A stretch of DNA of 64,000 nt, from positions 7,193-71,192 of the forward strand of contig CALARG010000004.1 of assembly GCA_937888635.1 (NCBI GenBank), written 5' to 3'. The notes below the pieces were generated by a model. It searched no databases. It saw only the letters and a list, made by a program, of their open reading frames with translations, and had not been told where the DNA came from. Position 1 is the stretch's first letter; the number at the start of each line of letters is the position of its first letter. This document shows positions 47,428 to 57,176 of the stretch, piece by piece. This DNA is from an uncultured Alphaproteobacteria bacterium (GTDB lineage Bacteria; Pseudomonadota; Alphaproteobacteria; Rs-D84). The position numbers and the translations under genes are program-made.

Positions 47428-50029
47428 TTGTTATCCTGATAAATTCTGGGGCGTCAGAGCCTGCAAAAACACGCCATAATTGGGTGTGCCATGCGTTTTC
47501 TGGGGCGTTCTTGTGCGGCGTATAGCCATATATATACAATTCGTCACGCGCACGTGTCATTGCCACATACAGCAAACGATAATATTCTGCCATACGCACA
47601 TGCATTAAGTTGTCGCGTGCATCGGCAGATTCACCAACCTGGGCCCCACGCGGTGTCCACAACCATACAGGCATATCATTGCGCGATTCAATCGGCAATA
47701 TATTTTCAGACTTTGGCGTGCGCACGGTGTCAATCAAGAACACAACACGCGATTCCAGCCCCTTGCTGCCGTGTACGGTCACAATACGAACGCCGGCGGA
47801 CGCGTCCATGTCGCGCTTTATCTCGCTGGCACCGGTTATAAACCATTTTAAGAAATGATGCAAAGTTCCGGGCTGGGTTCGTTCGTACGACAAGCATATT
47901 GTCATAAATTCTTCCAGCGGATCAATTACCTGATCGCCCAGGGCCGAAATAAATTTATGACGCGTATCATTTGTGCTTAGCACATACGAAAAGAATGTAT
48001 AGGCGGACGCCGTTTCGGACAAATTCTTGATATCTGTTAGTTGTTTGTAAATATCGGGTCGTTCGTTTTCTAAGATTTCAAAAACAGTTATTGGGGTTGC
48101 GGCTTTATCTTCGCGTTTGCGCGCACTGTTTATGTCATTTTTTATTTTGCACAAATCAAAAATATCATGTTCGGTCAAATAGAAAAAAGGACTTTTTAAT
48201 ACACAACATAAACTAAAATCATCCGTCGGATTCAGGCACCAACGAACCAGATTTAACATGTCACGAATGGCCGGATAGTTTGGCAAAACGATGCGGTCAC
48301 TGCCCGCAACATCTATGCCGCGTTTTTTCAACTGATAAATCAGAGGCGCCGCCATCGGGTTGCGCTGTTGCACCAACACCATAATATCGCCGGCCGTGTA
48401 TTTGCCAGAATCAATTAACATCTTTATTCTGTCGGCAATTGTGGCCGCATATTGATCAATCGTTGTGTCGGCGTCTTGTTTTGCGGTCAACGCATGTAAT
48501 TCAACAGCGCCAGGCGCATCAATACGAAAGCATTTGTGCGGATTGTTTGCAAAATCAGATATCGCAATTACCGTATCATCTGCAAAGAAACGATCAACGG
48601 TATTTAATACCGGTAAAGCAGAGCGAAAACTCTGTGCCAGGGGCACTTCACGAATGGTACGCACATTGTTTTCAATTTGTTTAGATATAACTTCGCGACT
48701 GTACGCAAATGCCGCAGGATCTGCACCCTGAAAGCCGTAAATTGACTGTTTAGTATCACCAACAACAAACAGCGAATGCGGCATATCGCCCGTGTCACCT
48801 TCGGTAAAAAAGTCACCAGACAGCATTCGCAATATATCCCATTGTAATGGCGATGTGTCCTGGGCTTCGTCCACCAAAATATGCGACAGCGACACATCCA
48901 ATTGAGACAACACCCACCCCATTGTTTCACGATTAGAAAACAATTTACGGGTATAAAGTATCAAATCTTCAAAATCCAGCAGATTGCGCGCACGTTTTTC
49001 ATCCCTGTATCGCGTTGCAAACGCTGCGGACAAATCAAATAAAGCCATCGTGTCCGCAAACACCAAAGCGTTGGTATTATACAGATTTTGGTCGTATACA
49101 CGCTGTTGCTCGGCGGACAAATATTCTTTTTTTGAAACGACGGATTTTTTGTTGCCTTCGGCCGTTAAGTATGCAGATTTATATTCTTCAAAATCTATTG
49201 TTTTATCAATATACTGTTTTGTTAGATTAATAATTTCCGTTAAGTACTTTGCCGGCTTTTTTGATGTTTTTTGTTCATCAGATGCTAAATCTATGATTTT
49301 TTGCAACAAAACTGGGTCAGCCACAGTATTTTTTGCCGAATCTATATTTAAAAACTTTTTAGTTGTATCAATAAAGTATTCGCGATATTTAACAATGTTT
49401 TCAATTTGAAAAAAATGTTTATATTGCGCGCTTAATATCGCCAACAGGTCAGTCATATATGTTTCAGAAACACGACCGACAATATGCGCAAAGGCATCAT
49501 AAACACGACCGTCTGAAGTTGGGGAATTTATCAGTTTATCAAACGCATCTTGCAATAATATGCGTTGAGCACTGTCGGACACCAGTAACCATGATGGCGA
49601 TACGCCCGCCTCTATCGGGAAACGATGCAATATTTCTTCACAAAAACCGTGAAGAGTTTTTATTTTTAGCATTTCAGGCGCATCAATATATCGGAAAAAT
49701 ATTTCACGCGCATGCGCAATGTCTGAATCTGTTATCGGGCGCGACAATGCAACCCCGTCCAGCATTTCTGCCAATTCATCATCAGATGCCAGCGCCCATT
49801 TTCGCAATGCGACCAATATACGATTACGCATCTCGCCCGCCCCGGCATTGGTGTATGTCAGGCACAATATTCCCGTAGCCGCACAATCAGGACTGCGAAA
49901 TAAAATACGCAGTAAACGCTGGACCAGGACACTGGTTTTACCGGTACCTGCATTTGCCTGGACCCATACATTCTCGCGCGGGTTGGCCGCACAATCTTGT
50001 TCAGGGGAAAGAGTGTGTTTTTTTGTCAT
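47411..50029 (-). CDS. UvrD/Rep-family ATP-dependent helicase (AddA-like N-terminal and helicase core, 872 aa), apparently separated from its nuclease domain
   Basis: Walker A ANAGTGKTSVLVQR; helicase motifs DEAQDTSPLQW, VGDTKQSIYGFQGAD, VHGSKGLE and VAMTRA. No addB-like gene is adjacent. Confidence 0.75.
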   Translation of the reverse strand: MTKKHTLSPEQDCAANPRENVWVQANAGTGKTSVLVQRLLRILFRSPDCAATGILCLTYTNAGAGEMRNRILVALRKWALASDDELAEMLDGVALSRPITDSDIAHAREIFFRYIDAPEMLKIKTLHGFCEEILHRFPIEAGVSPSWLLVSDSAQRILLQDAFDKLINSPTSDGRVYDAFAHIVGRVSETYMTDLLAILSAQYKHFFQIENIVKYREYFIDTTKKFLNIDSAKNTVADPVLLQKIIDLASDEQKTSKKPAKYLTEIINLTKQYIDKTIDFEEYKSAYLTAEGNKKSVVSKKEYLSAEQQRVYDQNLYNTNALVFADTMALFDLSAAFATRYRDEKRARNLLDFEDLILYTRKLFSNRETMGWVLSQLDVSLSHILVDEAQDTSPLQWDILRMLSGDFFTEGDTGDMPHSLFVVGDTKQSIYGFQGADPAAFAYSREVISKQIENNVRTIREVPLAQSFRSALPVLNTVDRFFADDTVIAISDFANNPHKCFRIDAPGAVELHALTAKQDADTTIDQYAATIADRIKMLIDSGKYTAGDIMVLVQQRNPMAAPLIYQLKKRGIDVAGSDRIVLPNYPAIRDMLNLVRWCLNPTDDFSLCCVLKSPFFYLTEHDIFDLCKIKNDINSARKREDKAATPITVFEILENERPDIYKQLTDIKNLSETASAYTFFSYVLSTNDTRHKFISALGDQVIDPLEEFMTICLSYERTQPGTLHHFLKWFITGASEIKRDMDASAGVRIVTVHGSKGLESRVVFLIDTVRTPKSENILPIESRNDMPVWLWTPRGAQVGESADARDNLMHVRMAEYYRLLYVAMTRARDELYIYGYTPHKNAPENAWHTQLWRVFAGSDAPEFIRITNEDIA

Positions 50030-50120
50030 TTCTGCCCTTGCATTATCAATTAGATTTTAGTATAAATCCAAAAGAACTGCAAGATTTATAAAATCAGCAT
50101 GTCTATAGGGGAGAAAGGAA

Positions 50121-52046
50121 ATGGAAATCACACAAACTTGGCTAATTATCAGCAGTATTTTCGCAGGATTATTTTTTATTACACTGATGGTTTTGTTCTT
50201 TGTTTCGCGCAAAACACAAAAGGTTATGCAATCATTGCTGACCATTATAACACGACCAGAGCGCGCAAAAATCGCCGATGCAACCCGGGTACTAAATACC
50301 ATTTTAGCCGATGAAATTTACAAAATTGAACAAAGTTTCCAGACAATGCGCGACACGCTGAATGCGCAAATCGCATCTGCAGATGAATTAAAAAAAATAT
50401 TGGGCGAACAAAATGAAAAATTAGTCACATTGGCAGATGACGCAACAAAAAAACTGGCCAATATGTCGGGGCGTTTGGACAACACAGTTGCAGGACTGGG
50501 GAACATTGTGGAATCTCAATCATGGAAGGATGTAGAAAATTCAACAGACCGATTCAGCAATACTGTAAACGATCTGTTGGGGCGGATTGATGGCACCAGC
50601 CAAGATGTGACAGAACGCACAACACAAATACAGACACAGATTGATTCTTGGATTGAAAGCGAAAAGGAATTATCTGCACATCTGAAAAACGAATTTAGCA
50701 ATAACGAACAACAGATGAAGACAATTATCGGCGAGGCTGAAAATACACAAAACAAATTGTCTGAATTGGCAAAATCTACGACCGACGGATTTAATGAGGT
50801 AAAGACAGCCGCCGCAAACTATGAAGATATTATGGTGCGCAACGACAGATTGCTGGATGGGTATCTGGAAAAACTGGATTTGTTCGGCAAACAATCCAAG
50901 AAGCAACTGACAGGCCAGATGAACACATTAACAAATACTGCAAATGTTGTTGCCGGACAGGTACGATTGGCCGAGTCTTCTATTGACAAACAAACACAGC
51001 GACTGACAGACGCGGTTGAAACATTGATGTCTTCGGCGACAGCCACAGAAAATTCAGTTCGCGGAATATCATCGGAATTGGCAACGCTGACCAACAGATT
51101 TGATGGCGAAATTAAGGAATTTGCAACAGGCGTTGTATCAGAATTAAAGACTGTGTCTGGCGTTGCAAACGCAACACTGGAAAACACCAAAACCGCGGCA
51201 AGTGCGTTCAGTGAATCCGTCAAGGCGATGGCAACAGGCGTGCGCGAAACACTGATTGAAATGAATACTGCGCACACACAATTGTCGGGACAATCGGCGA
51301 ATCTGATTAAGATGTCAAATGACACAACCGCACAATTGCAACCGCTGTCCGCGCTGATTGAACGGTATTATTCCGCCCTGCCCGACCTGTCACGCGGCAG
51401 TGTAGAAGCCAGTGCAACATTGGAAAAAATTGTCACCAGTTTGAATGAAAAACTGAATCTGATGAATGCGACGGTTGCAGAATCTACGACTGCGATTTCT
51501 GAATCTGCGGTAAAATTAGAAGATTTGGCCGGCGCATCGCGTCAGCAAATGATTGATTTGATGTCTGACTATGCCAAGGCGGTAAATACAATGCAGACAT
51601 TAAATAAACAGATGATGGTCGCGCGCGCGTCTGCGCCAATGGACGCAATCAAAACCGCCCCAACAGAAATCTTTGGCCATGTCAGCGGACAAGATTTTCT
51701 GAACCAAAGCGAAAAAATGTTTGATAAATTGCATGAACTGTCCATGGATTTAACACGGGCGGTTGGCGCAGAAATACCAGATGTTGTGTGGAAAAAATAC
51801 CACAGTGGTGACAAAACAATCTTTTCAAAATGGTTGGCCAAGATGCTGAATGCGGCAGAAAAGAAGCAAGTGCGCGATATGATGAAGAACGACGCCGTAT
51901 TTCGTTCCCAGGCCACACAATTTGTTCGCAGTTTTGACAAGATTTTAACCGGCGCACAACAAACAGACGCGCCTGACAAAACATCTGCAACATTAATCAA
52001 GACCGAACCAGGTCAGATATATATAATATTGAAGAATTATGTCTAA
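50121..52046 (+). CDS. Membrane-anchored coiled-coil protein (641 aa), function unknown
   Basis: N-terminal TM helix IISSIFAGLFFITLMVLFFV, followed by long Gln/Glu/Thr/Ala-rich heptad-like sequence. A terminator follows. Confidence 0.5.
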   Translation: MEITQTWLIISSIFAGLFFITLMVLFFVSRKTQKVMQSLLTIITRPERAKIADATRVLNTILADEIYKIEQSFQTMRDTLNAQIASADELKKILGEQNEKLVTLADDATKKLANMSGRLDNTVAGLGNIVESQSWKDVENSTDRFSNTVNDLLGRIDGTSQDVTERTTQIQTQIDSWIESEKELSAHLKNEFSNNEQQMKTIIGEAENTQNKLSELAKSTTDGFNEVKTAAANYEDIMVRNDRLLDGYLEKLDLFGKQSKKQLTGQMNTLTNTANVVAGQVRLAESSIDKQTQRLTDAVETLMSSATATENSVRGISSELATLTNRFDGEIKEFATGVVSELKTVSGVANATLENTKTAASAFSESVKAMATGVRETLIEMNTAHTQLSGQSANLIKMSNDTTAQLQPLSALIERYYSALPDLSRGSVEASATLEKIVTSLNEKLNLMNATVAESTTAISESAVKLEDLAGASRQQMIDLMSDYAKAVNTMQTLNKQMMVARASAPMDAIKTAPTEIFGHVSGQDFLNQSEKMFDKLHELSMDLTRAVGAEIPDVVWKKYHSGDKTIFSKWLAKMLNAAEKKQVRDMMKNDAVFRSQATQFVRSFDKILTGAQQTDAPDKTSATLIKTEPGQIYIILKNYV

Positions 52047-52049
52047 ATA

Positions 52050-52076
52050 CCCCGCCCAATGTGGCGGTTTTTTTAT
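52050..52076 (+). terminator. Rho-independent terminator
   Basis: ccgcccaatgtggcgg hairpin plus a T-run. Confidence 0.7.
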
Positions 52077-52100
52077 TATGATAATATTTCTATATTTACA

Positions 52101-52129
52101 ATTGACACAGCCCGGGAACTTTTGTTAAA
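52101..52129 (+). promoter_or_regulatory. Candidate sigma70-like promoter (TTGACA-N18-TAAAAT) in a 380-bp intergenic region
   Basis: TTGACA at 52101-52106 and TAAAAT at 52125-52130, found by visual match to the consensus. Two terminator-like hairpins lie downstream, at about 52204-52232 and 52318-52352. Confidence 0.3.
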
Positions 52130-52459
52130 ATAATCATGTCGCGATGTGTTGTCGTGATGGGGTGTAGTGACCTCTGCCATAGCGTCGGAATACATACTTG
52201 TGGCGCATATTATGCGCTGTTTTTATTATAAGACCGACGAAAAACTCCTGATCCCGGGTCAGGAGGGTTGCGAATATAATGAATAAGCACACAATTCTAT
52301 GGATTGTCACTAACCTCCTGACCACTTTGAATTTAATTCTGGTGGTTTTTTTTGTTGTGGTGATGCGACCCATTTTAATGACCCGTTGTGGTTATTAAAA
52401 TACACTCTATTCACAATCCGCATCACCACCAAGATTTGAACAGAAAGGGAGAGATTCGT

Positions 52460-53392
52460 ATGCCATACGATTTTAAGAAATTTATATTTTCCGTATCATT
52501 GTGCGCCATGTTGGCGGTCAACCCGGTATTGGCAACCGCACCAACAAACGATGAAGACCTGGGCACAACGCATGATGTATATGTTGAATCAACATTAAAC
52601 CAGGCAACAAATGGTATTGCGGGTGTCAGTTATGTAAATCGTATGGTAAATGCGGCGGGCAACGCCGCCGATGCGGCCGAAGCACATGCAGCCGCCGCAG
52701 GCGCACATGCCTTAAGTGCCGCCCAATCCGCAGACGAGGCGCACAAGGTTTTGGCAGATAAAGTTAATATTGACCAGGGTGAAAACAAGAAAAATCTGGC
52801 CATGGTGACGGATGATAAAGGGACGGTCTATGCGGGGTATGTTGCGCCAGGTATGATTGCCGACGGTGGCAAGATAGACGATGTTAAAACCAGTCCATAT
52901 TCAGGTTTTGTTTTATGGAGTGATCGTGACGGTAATGTGTCATGGAAAACTGTGGATAATGAAGTTCTTGCCAGTGGCGCGGTAACGGCAAGTAGAATTG
53001 CCGATGGTGCGGTGGGTGCTGATAAATTATCTGCTGGTATTCCTGATGATTTTTCTAGTACGGGTTTTTTGGCATATTCTGGCATTGATGGTGATGATAA
53101 AGGAGGAATGATATGGCGCCAGGTTTGGGCCGATGATATTGCCGATAGTGCGGTGACATTAGATAAAATTGCCGCAGAAAAATATGAACAACCCCAAAGC
53201 ACCGCAGGCACTGATGGTGTATTATTAACATGGTCAATGTCCGGCGACACCAATCAGCTTCAATGGCGCAAAATTCGCGCAGGCGATATAGGTGATGGTG
53301 CGGTGACGATTGAAAAAACCGAAGGTGTTGTTGGTATGGTGCCGGTGGGCTCAGCAGACGCCACCACATATGGGCAATTTTGGATTGAATAG
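52460..53392 (+). CDS. Secreted repeat protein (about 310 aa) with reiterated ADGAVT/DKI motifs (tail-fibre/adhesin-like repeats)
   Basis: Start ATG 52460 (RBS AAGGGAGAG; signal peptide MPYDFKKFIFSVSLCAMLAVNPVLATA). Repeats include RIADGAVGADKLSAG, IADSAVTLDKIAAE and IGDGAVTIEKTEG. Confidence 0.5.
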   Translation: MPYDFKKFIFSVSLCAMLAVNPVLATAPTNDEDLGTTHDVYVESTLNQATNGIAGVSYVNRMVNAAGNAADAAEAHAAAAGAHALSAAQSADEAHKVLADKVNIDQGENKKNLAMVTDDKGTVYAGYVAPGMIADGGKIDDVKTSPYSGFVLWSDRDGNVSWKTVDNEVLASGAVTASRIADGAVGADKLSAGIPDDFSSTGFLAYSGIDGDDKGGMIWRQVWADDIADSAVTLDKIAAEKYEQPQSTAGTDGVLLTWSMSGDTNQLQWRKIRAGDIGDGAVTIEKTEGVVGMVPVGSADATTYGQFWIE

Positions 53393-53444
53393 GTTATGGC
53401 AGTGGTTAGTGGTTGAAAAATTATATATAACAACAATACAAAAA

Positions 53445-53480
53445 AATAAAATAAAGGGGGCGGTTTATCGCCCCTTTAAA
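53445..53480. terminator. Bidirectional terminator between 52460..53392 (+) and smpB (-)
   Basis: ggggcggtttatcgcccc hairpin flanked by A- and T-runs. A copy of GT-rich repeat module A (agtggttagtggttg) lies just upstream at 53396-53415. Confidence 0.6.
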
Positions 53481-53935
53481 ATTCGTGCCTTGTTTTTATC
53501 CCATTCGCGTTGTTTTATTGTTTCGCGCTTGTCTACCTTGTTCTTACCATAGCCAACGCCCAGCAAAACCTTTAATTTACCCCGATTGTTAAAATATAAC
53601 TTTAACGGCACAATTGTTGCGCCTTTTTCCTGTAATTTTCCAATCAGGCGGTTTATTTGATTGCGGTGCAACAACAGTTGGCGACTGCGCCGTTCATCAA
53701 AATTTACAATACGCGCCGCCGTGGGCAGTTTTTGAATTTCAACACCCGCCAGAAACAGATTGTCGCCACGACGCTGAACAAAACCGTCAACAATCGTTAC
53801 CAGGCCATATCGTATTGATTTTATTTCAGCCCCGGTTAATGACAAACCAGCCTCTATCGTATCATCAATAGAGTAATTAAATCGCGCCTTGCGATTTTCT
53901 GAAACCTGACCTGATTTTATAATTTGTCTTGCCAT
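53465..53935 (-). CDS. smpB: SsrA-binding protein SmpB
   Basis: ENRKARFNYSIDDTIEAGLSLTGAEIKSIR and the C-terminal basic tail; 156 aa. Confidence 0.93.
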   Translation of the reverse strand: MARQIIKSGQVSENRKARFNYSIDDTIEAGLSLTGAEIKSIRYGLVTIVDGFVQRRGDNLFLAGVEIQKLPTAARIVNFDERRSRQLLLHRNQINRLIGKLQEKGATIVPLKLYFNNRGKLKVLLGVGYGKNKVDKRETIKQREWDKNKARILKGR

Positions 53936-54097
53936 AATGCGCCAATTCTACAACAAAACCCCAGCAATTGCAAATTTTTAAGTTATTTATCAGATGATTT
54001 TTATTCCCCTTGCTTTATGTCGCCAAAAATGTAAAAATTAAATCAGGTTCTTGTTGGATTTATCAGAACCATAACTGCATAAGGAAAGGATAGGATT

Positions 54098-54439
54098 ATG
54101 CGTCAAGGAAAAGTAAAATGGTATAATGGCAAAAAGTGTTTTGGCTTTATTAGTCCAGACACCCCAAACGCGGATGGCAACACAGATGATGTATTCGTTC
54201 ATTCCAGTTCATTAAAGGCCGCCGGAATCAGATTCTTGAACGAAAACGACATTGTTGAATTTGAAGAAGAAGTTCGCAATGGTAAATTGTCTGCAACCAC
54301 AATCGCCGTTGTTCAACGCGACGAAGAATCCGCCCGTCGTTTCCAGGAACGCCGTGCAGAACGCCGTCGTGCAATTGAAGAACGCAAACAACGCGAAGAA
54401 AAATCTTCACGCCGTGGATTTGCATTCTGGAAAAAATAA
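54098..54439 (+). CDS. cspA: Cold-shock domain protein with a C-terminal Arg/Glu-rich extension
   Basis: CSD motifs GKVKWYNGKKCFGFI and DVFVHSS, followed by an RRFQERRAERRRAIEERKQREEK tail. A long A/T-rich 5' leader and a terminator hairpin at 54447-54474 are present. Confidence 0.85.
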   Translation: MRQGKVKWYNGKKCFGFISPDTPNADGNTDDVFVHSSSLKAAGIRFLNENDIVEFEEEVRNGKLSATTIAVVQRDEESARRFQERRAERRRAIEERKQREEKSSRRGFAFWKK

Positions 54440-54530
54440 TTTCGTTTCGCGCCCCGTACGGGGCGTTTTTTTATTGCAGTTGGCATTTTGCCAATGTAAA
54501 ATACCCGCATATAAAAAAGGAGTTTAAATT

Positions 54531-55070
54531 ATGTGGACAACAATTGCTGTTATTGCGGTCTTGTTATTATACTTTATTGCGGTTTACAATGGACTGATTG
54601 CGCGTCGCAACCAGGTACGCGAAGCGTGGGCAACCGTTGACACACAATTAAAACGCAGATATGACCTGATTCCAAACCTGATTGAAACTGTGCGCGGCGC
54701 TGCAAAGCATGAATCTGAAACATTGGCAGCAGTGACAAATGCGCGCAATGCGGCGATGTCTGCAACGGGACCAATGTCTGCAGATGCACAAAACAAATTA
54801 ACCCAAACGCTGAAAAGCCTGTTCGCAGTGGCGGAAAGTTATCCAGATTTGAAGGCAAATCAGAATTTCTTGGAATTACAGCGCGAATTAGCAGATACGG
54901 AAAACAAGATTCAGGCTACACGCCAGTTTTATAATACTGTTGTTATGGGGCTGAACACCCAGATTGAACAATTTCCATCAAATATTATTGCGAACATGTT
55001 TAATATAACCCCAGAAAAAATGTTTGAAATTGACGAGGCCGAAAAAGTCGCACCAAAGGTTCAGTTTTAA
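54531..55070 (+). CDS. lemA: LemA family protein
   Basis: N-terminal TM helix plus RNQVREAWATVDTQLKRRYDLIPNLIETVRG, the LemA signature. Confidence 0.85.
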   Translation: MWTTIAVIAVLLLYFIAVYNGLIARRNQVREAWATVDTQLKRRYDLIPNLIETVRGAAKHESETLAAVTNARNAAMSATGPMSADAQNKLTQTLKSLFAVAESYPDLKANQNFLELQRELADTENKIQATRQFYNTVVMGLNTQIEQFPSNIIANMFNITPEKMFEIDEAEKVAPKVQF

Positions 55071-55915
55071 TGCCCCAGGATTTTACATTACATACACACA
55101 CAATTGGATGCGACGGCAAAAATACGCCTGCAGAAATGGTTGCGCGTGCCACAGAAATGGGAATGCAGGCGATTGGGATTTCAAACCATTTCATTGTACA
55201 CCCCAAAATTCGCGAATCAAACTTCTATCCGCATGCGCTGCGTGGCGGGTACAGCCAAATATACAATGCGTCTTTTGATGAAATAATGGCGCGATTTATT
55301 CCGATTTACCAAGAAATTGAACACGTGGCAAAAAATGCGCCGATACGGGTTCTGCGCGGGCTAGAGGTGGACTTTTTCCCAGATGATAAGTGGCGGCAAA
55401 ATTTTGAACGCGCAATTGGCGTTTTAAAACCAGACTATTTAATCGGCGCATGTCATTTTATTGAATATGATGGCGGTTTACGCAATGTGCACGATATGGC
55501 AAACGCCAATCCAGAAGAACGCGCGCATATGCTGAATGCGTACTGGCGCAAGATTGGAATGGCGGCGGAATCGGGTCTGTTTACATGGATGGCGCATTTG
55601 GACCTGCCCCGCAAAGTTGGGATTGGAATTGGCGACGAATGGCGGATTCGCGAATATGATACAATTGCAAAATTGGCAAAAAATAATACCCCAATTGAAA
55701 TTAATACTGCATTACAGCCAATGCCATATCCATCGCATCGCATATTACAGATGGCGGCGCGTGCAAATCTACCAGTTCTTATCAGTGATGATGCACATCG
55801 CGCAGAACAAATTGGTCGCTTTTTTGACGGCGCAGAACAACTGTGTGCGCAAATCGGCATAAAAAATCGCCTGTCGTTGCAGAAAATACTTGATTTTTCA
55901 AACAAAACACTATAG
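55070..55915 (+). CDS. PHP-domain phosphoesterase (histidinol-phosphatase HisK-like family)
   Basis: HTHTIGCDGKNTPAEMVARA...GISNH and later His/Asp metal-ligand motifs (MAHLDLP, DDAH). The start overlaps the lemA stop. Confidence 0.65.
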   Translation: MPQDFTLHTHTIGCDGKNTPAEMVARATEMGMQAIGISNHFIVHPKIRESNFYPHALRGGYSQIYNASFDEIMARFIPIYQEIEHVAKNAPIRVLRGLEVDFFPDDKWRQNFERAIGVLKPDYLIGACHFIEYDGGLRNVHDMANANPEERAHMLNAYWRKIGMAAESGLFTWMAHLDLPRKVGIGIGDEWRIREYDTIAKLAKNNTPIEINTALQPMPYPSHRILQMAARANLPVLISDDAHRAEQIGRFFDGAEQLCAQIGIKNRLSLQKILDFSNKTL

Positions 55916-56035
55916 AATGCGCACCGCTGGGTAACCAGAACTGATTAAACAATGGTGCTGTTTTGGTCCCATTTGTGATAAGGATTCTGTTCTAAACCAC
56001 CCGGCACCTAAAAAACCAAAATAAAAGGATAAATT

Positions 56036-56668
56036 ATGGCAAGAGCTGGCGCAAAACGCAGCACACGCAAATTAAAAATCGGACGTAGTCTGGGCGTGAA
56101 CCTGTGGGGACAGGCAAAATCTCCATTTAACAAACGCAAATATAAACCTGGTCAGCATGGGCCAACATCTCGTGGTGGTAACTCTTCGGATTACGCAAAA
56201 CAGATGCGTGCCAAGCAGACACTGAAAGGTTATTATGGCAATGTCGGCGAAAAGAAGTTCCGCAAATATTATCTGGAAGCAGCCAATATGAAGGGCGACA
56301 CACCAGAAAATTTGATTGGTTTGTTGGAACGCCGTTTGGACGCAGTTGTATATCGTGCAAAGTTGGCACCAACTGTATTCTCGGCCCGTCAGTTAATCAG
56401 CCACGGTCATATCAATGTTAACGGTAAACGCGTTAAGGTTGCATCATACCAGGTTAAACCAGGCGATGTTATCACAGTCAGCGAAAAAGCAAAACAGATG
56501 CCATTGGTTGTATTGGCCCTGGAATCTGCAGAACGCAACTTTGCAGACTATGTTTCTGTTGACAGTGCAAACTTTACTGCGACATTTGTCCGCGTACCTG
56601 CATTTGCAGATGTACCATATCCGGTTCAGATGTTCCCAGAATTGGTTGTTGAATTCTATTCTCGTTAA
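56036..56668 (+). CDS. rpsD: 30S ribosomal protein S4
   Basis: [25 protein letters not shown]... and the S4 domain [34 protein letters not shown]; 210 aa. Confidence 0.95.
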   Translation: MARAGAKRSTRKLKIGRSLGVNLWGQAKSPFNKRKYKPGQHGPTSRGGNSSDYAKQMRAKQTLKGYYGNVGEKKFRKYYLEAANMKGDTPENLIGLLERRLDAVVYRAKLAPTVFSARQLISHGHINVNGKRVKVASYQVKPGDVITVSEKAKQMPLVVLALESAERNFADYVSVDSANFTATFVRVPAFADVPYPVQMFPELVVEFYSR

Positions 56669-56682
56669 TAGACGGGAGAAAG

Positions 56683-56708
56683 AAGAACAAAAACCGCCGT
56701 TTGGCGGT
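56683..56708. terminator. Bidirectional terminator after rpsD
   Basis: aaccgccgtttggcggtt hairpin plus a T-run. Confidence 0.7.
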
Positions 56709-56729
56709 TTTTTGTTTTTTTATAATGAA

Positions 56730-57176
56730 TTATTTTTCCAGTTTATCCAGTATTCGGTTCAGCATACGAATTGAACTGTTCGCACAGCCACGACCGCGCC
56801 AGGTCATGATTTCTGTGCCTGTTTTCTGATCTGCGATTGACATATTAAAATTCCACCACCAAAAACCATTCAGCACACACCATATGGGACGAAATTTTTC
56901 ACTGCGTTCTGATACCTTGACAACATATTTGGCATCTGTTGGGATTTTGGTTTTATCACGATCAATCGTTTCGGACATTTCATTAGATTCCACTGTTCCG
57001 ACTAGAACCGTGTAGCCCCGCCCTTCTAGCGATTCTTTGACACTGCGGCGCATAGTGTATCCGCCACGGTCGGCATATATAGTTGATTTCGCATCCATTG
57101 TGTTTGGTTTTAAATAAACGCTGTTGCATGCGGTCAAAGGAATTAAAATTGGTATTAGTTTTAAAATTTTATTCAT
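56730..57176 (-). CDS. Hypothetical lipoprotein (about 148 aa)
   Basis: Start set to the ATG at 57174-57176 (complement; MNKILKLIPILIPLTACNS, lipobox LTAC). Confidence 0.5.
   Translation of the reverse strand: MNKILKLIPILIPLTACNSVYLKPNTMDAKSTIYADRGGYTMRRSVKESLEGRGYTVLVGTVESNEMSETIDRDKTKIPTDAKYVVKVSERSEKFRPIWCVLNGFWWWNFNMSIADQKTGTEIMTWRGRGCANSSIRMLNRILDKLEK

Noticed and set aside
52134-52373. Minus-strand 79-aa ORF in the 52076-52459 intergenic region
   Set aside because: It has no RBS and a Lys/Arg/Thr-rich low-complexity translation. The region is better explained as plus-strand non-coding hairpins and terminators.
53936-54097. Possible tmRNA (ssrA) next to smpB
   Set aside because: All intergenic regions around smpB (52076-52459, 53393-53464, 53936-54097) were scanned for a tRNA-like T-arm (GGTTCGA..TCC) with a CCA-proximal acceptor and for an ANDENYALAA-type tag reading frame. 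Nothing was found; ssrA is probably elsewhere. The same by-eye scan of all intergenic regions found no tRNA genes.
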